NCBI GenBank assembly: GCA_951406725.2
Contig: OX597821.1
Location: forward strand, 51,088,001-51,152,000
From: Octopus vulgaris
Lineage: Eukaryota
Reading direction: 5' to 3'
DNA: 64,000 nt
Below are positions 44,083 to 55,585 of the stretch, piece after piece; the stretch's first letter is position 1, and every line of letters begins with the position of its first letter. A model generated the notes under the pieces. The model saw only the letters and a list, made by a program, of their open reading frames with translations. It was not told where the DNA came from and did not search any database. Position numbers and translations under genes: made by a program.

Positions 44083-45198
44083 TGCATGCATACATACAGA
44101 CACAAACACATATATGTATGTTTGCATGTGTCTATATATAATCATATATATTAAAAATATATATCATGTATTGTACATTAGTATATATATATGCATGTAC
44201 AATATGAGTATTATTATATATAGATGTCACACACTATTTACCGGAATCAAAATGATTTTCAAATAACTTCTTGGAGAACGATATAGAAATGTTATATTTT
44301 TAAACTATTCGACTGAATTGATATTTGAAATATACGAAAATTTTAGATCCGTGTTATATTTTTTAGACAAAATAATTTTTCTCTTACTACCAAGCGAAAA
44401 AAAAAAAGCATTAACTATTTTACTTTCATGTACAGTTATAGAATATGTGATTTCAGGAAAATGGATACACACGCATACAGACACAGACACAAATACACAC
44501 ATGCCAACTCCACCATACAAGCACAAACACACAAAGACACATCTTGAATGTTTTAATTTCGTATCCTGATGAGATATGAATATTGAAATTCATCTAATCA
44601 CATACATAATATATATTGTTAATCAGTAAAATACTTCTCTCTTCGCAGCGTCTATACCGTTCAGGTCCACATTACGGGGAAGTAATAATTTCTGTTCCGC
44701 TCCAATGAAAAAAGAAATGTATACTCTGCCTTTATACTCCTATGAATTAAGTACTTCTAATTTATGATGCTTACTCAAATGTGCACGCTTTTTCGAGCAC
44801 GCGCATATATATATATATGTCTTATTTGAACGTCGATATACATACATTCATATATATATATCATGTCATAAGGAAAGGAACCGTAGAAGCCTCCAACATA
44901 TCAAAATTTGCCACGATCAATTTGTATGGTTGAAAATATCTTTACAAAAAGGGGTTAACAATGGAAGTTATTATTACAGAGACATGAATATTAAAATGGG
45001 GAAAAATCTCTGAAATATAACGAAATTACATCTTTTCTGTGTACATTGCCTTAAAAGAGTTCTCAATAAGCAAGAATTAAATTCAAGTTCATGGCACTAT
45101 CATATGTATGTGTGTATGTATATGTGTATATCTACATATATGTAAAGAGGAAAGCAATTAGCTTTCAATCTCCGAGCGAGAAATAAGTAGTAACATTC

Positions 45199-45653
45199 TT
45201 TGCCAACGTAAATTGGTAGTCCTGATTAAAACGATAATAATACCGTTTTTAACCCCAGCAAAACACCTTTTCAGGCTGGCTACCGACGCAAAATTGCGTC
45301 CTTATACCTCGAACAAAGGAGCTAATGTCCCCACTCAGCCTTAAACGGTACCTGTGTACCATGATTTGTGGGTTATTTAACTTCATCGGCATGGGATAAC
45401 TGTTGGCTAGAGATGGCAGCCCTAGCCCTTGTTCGAGGTATATTCTTTTAAACTGATACACATCACTGACCTCGTGAAGTGGAAAATAGTTTTAAATCTC
45501 TGAGCAAGAAGTAAGCAGTAACAATACTACAGAGATTTTTTTCTTTCCATTTTAATTTTCATGTTTTTGTAACCAGCTGGAGAAGATGTTTTCCTGGGGC
45601 TAAAAAAGGTAGTAACATCGTTCTCATCAGGAGTGCCAATTTACGTTGGCAAA
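45199..45653. repeat. Diverged inverted repeat, arms about 85 bp
   Basis: tttgccaacgtaaattggtagtcctgatta...ctggctac at 45199-45283 versus gtaaccagctgg...tcatcaggagtgccaatttacgttggcaaa at 45569-45653. Confidence 0.85.
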
Positions 45654-46274
45654 TAGATTTTTACTCTACATATATGTATATATACTGATACATATATGCA
45701 TGCATGTATTTATATGTATGTGTATATATACTTATATACGAATATCTACATACATACAAATACGCACATACACATAAACAGACACACGTAAGAAAATAGA
45801 AAAGAATAAAGGGAATCAAAACATATCCATTTTCTTTTATTTCACCTGCCTCCTCCCCTCGTCCCACCGTTTCTAAACTTACAAGTAGATACGCCCACAT
45901 ATACCTTTACTACTACTTGTTGTAAACAAGTTCACACATAACAATATACATTACTTAATTGATAATTTGCACCAGTTACTATAATTCTTCCCATTCTCTC
46001 TTGATCTCTATTTCTAATAATATCCCATCTCTTCAAGTATACTTTTTTCTGCCCTTAGCCACAAATGTTTTCCCACCTTTTTCCCTCCATGTCATCCATT
46101 TTTCAAATACCACACCCTTGCAAATTTCTATGACACGACCAAAATAGCCTTATTGAAAACTACCGGCCAAATGACCTTGCTTAAATGACTTAACTCTCCC
46201 ACTTCCTAATGTCTTCATTCCTTTTATTCTTTTCTATTTTCTTTTTTATATTGCTAATGTATGTATGTACATAC

Positions 46275-46331
<57 letters not shown>

Positions 46332-46724
46332 TTAAAAAAGAGAGAAAAGGACAATGTAAAAACAACAACGGGAGGACGTAACACATGCTATGTATTAATA
46401 AGACGCTCAGAGAAGGAAAAGAGTGATTGTTTTACGTTTCGGGTATAGTTTTTCTTCGAAAACAGGAAACATGGGAAAGTGCAACGAAATGGAAGGAGGA
46501 AGAAACAAAATTGCCAACAGTCCACGTGATGCATACATTTTTGAAATGACCGGAAGTAGGAGGACAAAGAAAAAATGCTCTCTTGGACAGGAGAGTTTGA
46601 GGAATGATTGGTATCAATATGTGTATGTGTGCACGCGCGCGCGTGTGACAGCATGTGTGTGTGTGTGTGTGTGGCAGTAACTGAGTATGTGTATATGTGT
46701 GTGGTAGCATGTACGCGTATGCTA

Positions 46725-46794
<70 letters not shown>

Positions 46795-46815
46795 CGTGTG
46801 AGTATGTGTGTGTGT

Positions 46816-47244
46816 GTATAGTTTAGGACAATCAGTCAGTTGTCATAATAGTACTCGGAGTTTCTAATGCCGGAGTAAAGAGCTACGATGCATTCTCGTC
46901 GGCTATTATTTGCAATAGATTCTATGAAAAAAAACCGTTGAATGAAAGGGAAGTTACTCTCATAGGTAGAAAAATATAAAAGATAACAAATACATGCAAC
47001 CAGATTCTCACAATACATAGACATAAAACCTCCGGCGTTCATAACGTCTACATACGTACACGCTCAAACAAACATGTATATGTACATGCACATAGGCACA
47101 CAAACATATATGTGCATGTACGAATTCATACATATACCCGTATCCAAACACACACGTATATATGTATATGTATACGTGCACGCAACTTCATCCTCATATA
47201 CACATGGTGTATGCTTGCATACACATGTTTAGAATTTATATATA

Positions 47245-47296
<52 letters not shown>

Positions 47297-48156
47297 GCAG
47301 GCATACATTCACACTCCGCATATACGTATATAAATATATGTACATATGTACACCTCACATACACACACACACTCACACTCACTCACACACACAGACACAC
47401 AGACACACACACACGTATATATATATACTTCTTCCTATCATACACCTACAGCTGCAGATATACAAGCATATGCATAACCGTATAAACGAAGGGGACGTGT
47501 GCATGAAAGTCGCACTTATGCCCCAGACACAGTCTATACACTCACGTACATCCATACACGCGTACACATACACAAACACACACATACAAATTTAATATAT
47601 ACATACATTTACGTATACTCACACACGTACACATTCACACAATTAAAAAAGAAAACAGGAAAAAAATATATATGTAAAACAGTAAAAAATGTTAAAACAT
47701 GGAAATCTTGTGCAGGAACATAGTAAAAATGTGGATTCTATCCGTGATCTTCGAGGACCAAAACCGTAACAGGTATTTTGTTACATATAGACACGATCGA
47801 AAAAGTTCAGTTCTTGAATTTAGACATGTAGCGGGGTCCATGGAACTTTTCCAGATGAGGCATCTTTCCATATCACAAAGACTGCACTTGTGTATATGTG
47901 CATGTACATATACATGTTTGTGTGAGTGTGTACGTATGTAGACATTATGAACGCAGAAGGTTTTATGTCTATGTATTGTGAGAATCTGGTTGCATGTATT
48001 TTTTAATCCTTTACATGTTTTCTACTTATGAGAGTAACTTCCCTTTCATTCAGCTGTTTTTCATTGCGTCTATTGCCCTTAATAGCCGACGAGACTGCAT
48101 CGTATTTGAAACTCCGAGTACTACTATGACAACTAACTGGTTGTCCTAAACTATAC
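46816..48156 (-). mobile_element. 5'-truncated Penelope-like element with inverted terminal duplication
   Basis: Arms 46816-47100 and 47889-48156 are inverted. 47720-47890(-) reads KCSLCDMERCLIWKSSMDPATCLNSRTELFRSC..KYLLRFW, the same family as 1588-1794. Hammerhead-like folds in both arms. Confidence 0.85.
46845..46909 (-). ncRNA. Hammerhead-like motif with U4C core (CCGACGA) and GUA triplet; shortened mirror copy at 48080-48126 (+)
   Basis: Minus strand: ATAATAG-CCGACGA-G-AATGC..GCATT-A-GAAA-CTC c GAG-TA-CTATTAT. Stem I is a perfect 7 bp. Confidence 0.68.
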
Positions 48157-48562
48157 ATATATAAAACTATACATATATAAATAATTTTTGTAAATAACGA
48201 TTTGCAAGTGAAAAGTTCCTACGTGCCCTGGCAGTACATTTTAGTATTTTAGAATAATTGAGCTAAATCAAGGATTAATCTCTTTCTATCGCCTTCTTAC
48301 TTTGTCATTCATGTGAGTGCATGCATATGTGTGTAGATGCAAGTATGACTCCCCTGTTTTTAATTGTTTAAATTCTTCTTCTAAAGGAGGAGGTGGTTTG
48401 TAACAAAGACGCAAAGCTCTATCTTTTGAATGTAGATAACGAAAACAACAGTACATTTTAAACCTGAGAAAAGTCTTGCATAGTTTTACTGTTCTGCTTA
48501 GTAATTGTATTTCTAATGTGCGAATCAGACCTGATAGTTAGGCATTTATGTATGTATGCATG

Positions 48563-48641
<79 letters not shown>

Positions 48642-48779
48642 CTTTAGCTTTAATTCACAAATAAATAAATTATATCCACCAATGCGGTCTTGAGCACTCA
48701 TTTTCATCGTTCGACATTTACTTATCGAAGCTTCCGACGTCAACAAACACCGGTTAAGAACTAAAAATGAACAGAGAAT

Positions 48780-50250
48780 CAAAACAAACTATGGTAAGCA
48801 TGAAATAACGACATCACTGAAAAATAATCCTATTTCACCAAGAGAAGTATACATAAAGCATTTTAAGCATATCGATATTAAGCATTTCGACAAAACCGAA
48901 AATATTCTGAGGAGAATGAAATGGAAGGCCTATTTTTTCGATAATGGTACGTGCAGCCCTCATGCAGAGGACAATCACAGTTTCATATCTTATAAAAACC
49001 CACCACATATTAAAGACTTAGACAAATTTGAAAACGACCTGATAAAGTTAGGTAGAAATGTAAAATTCAACCATCAATGCAACAAGTTGCAACACACATT
49101 GTGAACATACGTCGAATCTTTCAAAACATCAACAAGCATGTTTACTAAAGAAGATAAAACAAAAAATAACTATGAATTCAGCACCTAAACACACTACAAA
49201 TTACTAACCTACAAGATAATTAAAACATACGAGAAAACAAACCCCATCACTTATAAGTCAATTAAAGTAGAAGCAAAAAATTTAGCCATAAAGTTTAACA
49301 TAGAAAACAAAGTAGGAAGGTTTATCCTACTAAATCCTTTTATAATTCTGAATGACCATAAAAGTAACTTCACGCAAAATCTAGCTACAGATTAAGAAAT
49401 CCTACAAAAAGTGAAATAGGAATTATAAGTAAATCTATATAAGATAATATTATACGACATATCAGATCACACTCGAATCTTAGTCAATGCATATTATGCA
49501 GTAGTACAGCTATTGAATGGTTTAAGAAAATAGAGGAGAAACCAAAATGCTAATTTATACAATTCGATATCATGGAGTTGTACCCCTCGATCTCCAAAAG
49601 CTTGCTTCAGAAGGCACTTGAATTTAGTAAGACAAATGTCACTATAACAAATACTGATATAGATATAATTATGAACGCAAAGAAATCATTACTCCAATTA
49701 TAATTCCTATTTGTCAAAAAAGAATGGAGACGAGTTATTTGATGTGACAATGGGGAGTTATGATGGTACAGAGATAGCTGACAATGTAGTCCTTATTGTT
49801 CTAGATACCCTAAGAAAAGAAATAAAACAAGTTTAGAGAGGTTTATATTGGGACGATGGCCTAGATGTAGTATACAATAAAATCAGACATATGGATAGAC
49901 TAAGGAAAAAATATTTAGCCAATTAGGCCTGAGAACCACACTTAGTGCAAACCTTAAAGAAGTCAACCTCCTAGACATTAACATAAATCTTAAGACAGTC
50001 TCGTACATAGACATAGGCTCCAATTACAAACACCCCTGAAAGATCTATCTGTAGATCCACAAATGGAACATTATTACTGAAGCCAAAATATTCAGAGGAC
50101 GGAGTATCAAATGTGAACTCTGTATTACTGAAAAATTAAACACTATACAATCAACAGACAACATCCTAAATGTTAGGGATGAAAACTCTCCCTGCATACA
50201 TAAGCAATATTTTACATTCAAATATTTCAGAGAAGAGCCACTTCTGCAAC
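48780..50250 (+). pseudogene. Decayed Penelope-like reverse transcriptase plus GIY-YIG C-terminus (Naiad-like signature)
   Basis: Ordered motifs RMKWKAYFF, RLRNPTKSEIGIISK, FIQFDIMELYPSISKSLLQKALEF, FDVTMGSYDGTEIA, GLYWDDGL, VNLLDININL. After an internal deletion, KWNIITEAK..KCELCITEKL..LNVRDE..CIHK. Many stops and frameshifts. Confidence 0.88.
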
Positions 50251-50859
50251 AGTAATCCCACCAGGATAACCCCTTTCTTAAATGTGAAATCGGAACATAC
50301 ATAGCACACAACCTCCGCACACGGAAGAAATATGCCCCAATGATGAACTACCTCAGTACACAAGTATAAGAACACCATGCCCAGACCAAAAACAAAATAA
50401 TGCAAATTGACCACACAACAATTTTCCTAAAAGACAAATTCAAGGGAAACAAACATGCAAAAGATGCCACCCATGAGTAACGTCCCTTGATTCATTAATT
50501 CATTGTTTTGTTCACGTGAATTCACGAGAATCTTCGTGAATAAAGAAGGATGTGTTTTCCAAAATGGAGTCAAACACCTTTCTTCATGTGACTGGCTTGA
50601 AAAAATCTTATCCACTAATGCGGCGTTGAGCACTCATTGCCATCCTTTGACACACACACGCACTCATATAATATGTTTTGTGAGTAATATCTGTTATAAA
50701 GATGTTAACCGACATAACAAACATATACATGCTTACACACACATGCACTCATCCCCCACACGCCCACACAACTACATACATGCATGCATACATATATGCA
50801 TACATACATAGATACATACATATATACATACATACGTACATACATATGCACATACCTAC

Positions 50860-51770
50860 ATACTCCACTGGTAGCGCTCTCTTCCCGATGAGCTCCTATA
50901 CAACACCAAATCATCCGGACTACTTACTTCAAAGAAGACCTGGAAGTGAAACACATGGGTATGTTTCACGTAGACTTGAAAAACATAGTCACATTTACAT
51001 GAAGCGAAACCTCTTTCGAAGTCATGACTGCTACATCACATCACATCACATCACATCGCATTTCGAATGCTATGCATTTTCAGTCCAAAAGCAGGAGATT
51101 CCTACTAAGTAACTAATCAACAAAAGAGTCAATGAAGCCCTTGTACTTCCAAGATGCAACCGTAAATGTAGATTATGTCATATTTCTGTGGAATACATCA
51201 CACATAGGATGGGCGGCTGTCCAAAAGTGTCATCACGGTACTACCTCGCAATGAGATATGACGCTGTCGCAAAAACAATGCACAATGCCATCCGGAAGAT
51301 AAAACTACCCAGAAATAAATGTAGAGAATACCCCTGTTATTGAATACGTACATAAATACCAGCACAAGGAATACTGGTGGAGCATTCCCATCAAAGCATC
51401 TGATACGTGTAAGCAAAACGGGTCCGATATAGTTGTGTGGGACTGACAAGAAAATGTATGTACCGCCATAGAGGCCAGCTGTTCTGCTGATGTGAATATG
51501 TCTGAAAATTAAAGAGAAAAGATAACTACGGAGAACTGCATCGAAAACCCCAGTTTCTATATCTGGATTACAAATTTACATTTATACCAATAATAGTTTG
51601 GCTTTATAAGTACTTGGTTTTGTAAGTATATGCCAAACTGCCAATCTGGATAAGCTTGGATTTTCGGAAGAATAATTTCAACCAACTCATTCGCACATTA
51701 CAAGTACAATCTGTAAGCAGAACAGTAAAACTACGCAAGACTTTTCTCAGGTTTAAAATGTGACAGTGTT
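50860..51770 (+). mobile_element. 3' part of an R4/Dong-like (RLE) non-LTR retrotransposon
   Basis: ECYAFSVQKQEIPTK, zinc knuckle KCRLCHISVEYITHRMGGC, RYDAVAK, then WWSIPIK..SDIVVWD..IEASCSADVN endonuclease-like motifs. Confidence 0.82.
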
Positions 51771-51948
51771 TTCGTTAGATACATTCCAAAGATGAAGCTT
51801 TGTATCTTTGTTCGAGATAAGCTATTTTTTAGAGGAAGAATTTAAATGATTAGATACACAAGAGAATACATAACTATATACTTACATACATATAGATATA
51901 CTTACATGCATAAACATATATACATACTTATACTCACAAACATATATA

Positions 51949-52192
51949 TCTATATATATATAAAACTGAGAATGTGTGTCTGTTTGTGTGTTTTCCTAAA
52001 CCTTGAGAACTACACAACCAATTTCATTCAAATTTTACACATGCCTTACACATACACATGCCGAGTGTCATCGGCAAAAAAAGTTTTAACTTTTCGGCTA
52101 GGGCGAGCCCACAGCAATATCATATCTTCTCCACTATTTCAGTATTACGTGTTAAAAGTGAAACAAAAACATCTCTCTATTGTATGTATATG

Positions 52193-52235
<43 letters not shown>

Positions 52236-53195
52236 CAAAATATAAAGTTATATCTTGAGAACGTTAGTGACAACAACGCTCAAAATATATAACAGACTGG
52301 AATAGTAGTGCTCAAATGAGCTGTATACACTTTTTAAGCCGATGGGAGGCAATGAGAGCAGCCACTATAAGAGCACTACAAAATTCACAGAAAGATTAAA
52401 CACATGCATATATTCATATATTCATTTATATCTACAGAACAGACATAAAACCCGACGTTTAGAAATATATAGTAATATATAAATTTATAAACATCATATA
52501 AAAATATATTGTACGCATAAGATCCACTCGACGTTCCATAAGAAATTTAGAAATAAAAATTGCAATAAAAGTTAGAGGTAATAATAACAATTGAATTAAA
52601 TATAGTAAATATAGTAAGTAGTAATTAAAATAAAACTAAAGTATGGTAATTAAATCGTAATATAACAATTAAAAGAAAATATAGCAATTAGTATAAAATG
52701 TATCAAGAACTTTAACTCGAATATGTGGCTTTGCATGAATGGGAAAAATTAAAAGATGAAAAATTTAATTGAGTGCAGAAGTGAATTAGTCCAGATGGAG
52801 CTGTGTACATACCATTTACTAGAGCTGCTAGATTGAATTATATACTTATAAAGTAGCATTCAGTATCTATGAGAATTTTGGGGAGTACGTAATGTCTGGT
52901 CTTTTGCATGTAGCATGTATGTAATTGTGCATTTGTTTTCGTGTACTATGTGTTGTGTGTAAAAAACATCCTGACGAGGGGAGTGTCAATTTTAAATATA
53001 TGATATGTTTCATATTAATTGGTGCATCTTTTATGTATTCTTGTAAATTTGTATATTTATCTTCTATGTATTTTTCTCTGGAATTTTAATTGGTCTTTTT
53101 GATGTCATTGTATGTTTTATTACCCCGAATTTTTAATTTAACAAATTTATACCAAACTAGCACTATGACCCGGCAACGCCGGGTCATAATGCTAG
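51949..53195 (+). mobile_element. Non-autonomous Helitron
   Basis: A|TC tatatatataaaactgagaatgtgtgtctg 5' end. GC-rich hairpin tatgacccggc-aac-gccgggtcata at 53164-53188, then CTAG|T at 53192-53196. The 5' boundary is less certain. Confidence 0.78.
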
Positions 53196-53447
53196 TATAT
53201 ATATAAAGCAGAGAATGGAGAAAATGCTTGATCAACAAACAAATTGACTATCGATTATTATTTTTTTAAATACAAAACTTTACAACTTCTAAAAGCCGTC
53301 TCTGCCTCCTATGTGCCGCGACACTGCCAAAGAAAATTCTGAGGATAATATTCGTCATATTCTATAGCAAATCCGATCTGGTACATAGAGCTTTATCAGA
53401 GTGAAGAAAAATACACAAAATAAAAGACGGCTTAGTATATTTGAATC

Positions 53448-53943
53448 ATACCAATTTGCAGTGTGGCGCCAGGTCGTTGAGCAAACGATTAAACTAGAAA
53501 ATTAATTGGTGGGTTAATCTTTCTCTAGGGGTAACAGGGTTTATAAATAATAAATAAAATAAGTACTTTAGTATAACGGGATTTGTCAATGGATCAAGAA
53601 AAAATATAGAACTTAAGTTTTCGTAAATAGTACTAATTAAAATTTATCCAAATAACATGTCCATTACGGACAACAGGTGGTTGGTCTTTATAATATATAA
53701 TTAAGTATATCAATATAATCAATTTCATGAGCATATTATTTGGATAAATATCAATTAGTACTATTTACGAAATCTTAAGTTCTATTCTATTTCTAGACCT
53801 ATTGGCAAATCACGTTATATTAAAGTACTTATTTTTATTATTTATACACGCTGTTACCCCTAAAGGTAGATTAATCTACCAATAAATTTTCTAGTTTAAT
53901 CATTTGCTCAACGACTTGAAGCGTTACACTGCAAAATGGTATA
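53448..53943. repeat. Diverged fold-back, arms about 210 bp, spacer about 70 bp
   Basis: For example gtcgttgagcaaacgattaaactagaaaatt / aattttctagtttaatcatttgctcaacgac and tcgtaaatagtactaatt / aattagtactatttacga. Confidence 0.9.
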
Positions 53944-54364
53944 CAGTAAAAGGCACTTGCCTAAGGCACCATGCAGTGGAACTGAATCCGGAACCATGTG
54001 GTTAGGATACAATCTTCTTGCTACACAGCTAGGCCACACCTATATATTCATCTCCACTTGTATTTGGCCCTTCCTTCCATTTGAATGCTTTTGCCCTAAA
54101 ATGTGCTTACAATCGTCAGCTCATAGTTTGGCTTCCCGGACGGGTGGTGTGGTGTGTTCTTGAGCAACATATTTCATTTCACGCATGGCTAGTAAATAAC
54201 TTACCCTTCGACTAAATGCTACTCTGTTTTAGTGGGACCTCGGTCATTTATACGCAATAAAAACTACTGTAGCCGCCTAAAGGATACGAAGCATTTATAT
54301 TCAGGGATTTTGTTACTTTTTACTTCTTTCAGAAATTTAGCTACATACATCGTCCTCACAACTG

Positions 54365-54482
54365 TAATTCTGGTGAAGCATTTATATACATATATGTATT
54401 TAGGTTTGTGCGGTTATAAGAACACTCTTATAACCGCACAAACCTAAATACATATATGTATATAAATGCTTCACCAGAATTA
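54365..54482. repeat. Perfect hairpin: 57-bp arms, 4-nt loop
   Basis: taattctggtgaagcattt...gcggttataaga-acac-tcttataaccgc...aaatgcttcaccagaatta. Confidence 0.95.
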
Positions 54483-55215
54483 TGACTCACTACTCTCGGA
54501 CACACACCCAAATATCCACAACCCTTCAGAATTATTCATGAAGCTTGTCAAATCTGAATTCTACTTTTACGTTTTAATAATAATCTATTATGAATTGACA
54601 TGGCAAAATATATCTAATTTGAGATTTATTCTATAACGCTTTTTTTTTTAATTATCACATTTTCTTTTAATTTTAACTCAATCACATACTACATATACTC
54701 ACACGCATGACAGTACACACATTTGCCGAAATGCACACAACTGTACAAACACTTAGACAGTCACCACGTGTACACCATTCTACGCCTGTATTTCTTTTTC
54801 CTACATAACTTTCACTTCCGGTTAACTCATCCAGGTACAATGTCATACAGATACACACACCTTTACTTAAGTAGCACATCAGAGCTTAAGACAAATCAAA
54901 AATATCAACAAAAATTGAATAATATCCCCATACAAACAATTAAATAAAACCAGCCAAAATTTCTATCATAACACATTACTGCTCATACAAATCCCACGAT
55001 TCTACAGCATTTTATATTTTTTTCTTAATGTCACAGTAGTCTGAAGATTTCTGTCTCCCTTTTCTCCTATTCAACACATATTGAATCATATTCAATCTTA
55101 GAGCTCATAGTATTAATTAAAACATACCAGTGTTTACATACATTCATGCATGCATTTATCCATCCACTCATACATGTATATGTATATATGTATGAATATA
55201 TGTATATAAATGTAA

Positions 55216-55306
<91 letters not shown>

Positions 55307-55318
55307 ATATATATATGT

Positions 55319-55585
55319 GAAGGCGCATGGCTCAGTGGTTAGAGCGTCGAGCTTACGATCGTGAGGTTGTGAGCTCGAATCCCGGACCGGGCTGCGTGTT
55401 GTGTTCTTGAGCAAGGCACTTTATTTCACGTTGCTCCAGTTCACTCAGCTGTAGAAATGAGTTGCGACGTCACTGGTGCCAAGCTGTATCGACCTTTGTC
55501 TTTCCCTTGGATAACACTGGTGGCGTGGAGAGGGGAGGCTGGTATGCATGGGCGACTGCTGGTCTTCCATAAACAACCTTGCCCG
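55319..55585 (+). mobile_element. tRNA-derived SINE family 3
   Basis: tRNA-like head ggcgcatggctcagtggttagagcg...gctcgaatcc, then core gtgttcttgagcaaggcactt and a LINE-like tail. Degenerate relatives near 35000 and 54130. Confidence 0.85.

Noticed and set aside
50100-50210. Selenocysteine-recoding Naiad-type PLE
   Set aside because: The CxxC cysteines here and at 1.7 and 47.9 kb use TGT/TGC rather than TGA. Other stops look like ordinary decay.
55322-55396. Possible tRNA gene
   Set aside because: Acceptor and T stems are imperfect and the sequence continues into a SINE body, so it is a SINE head.
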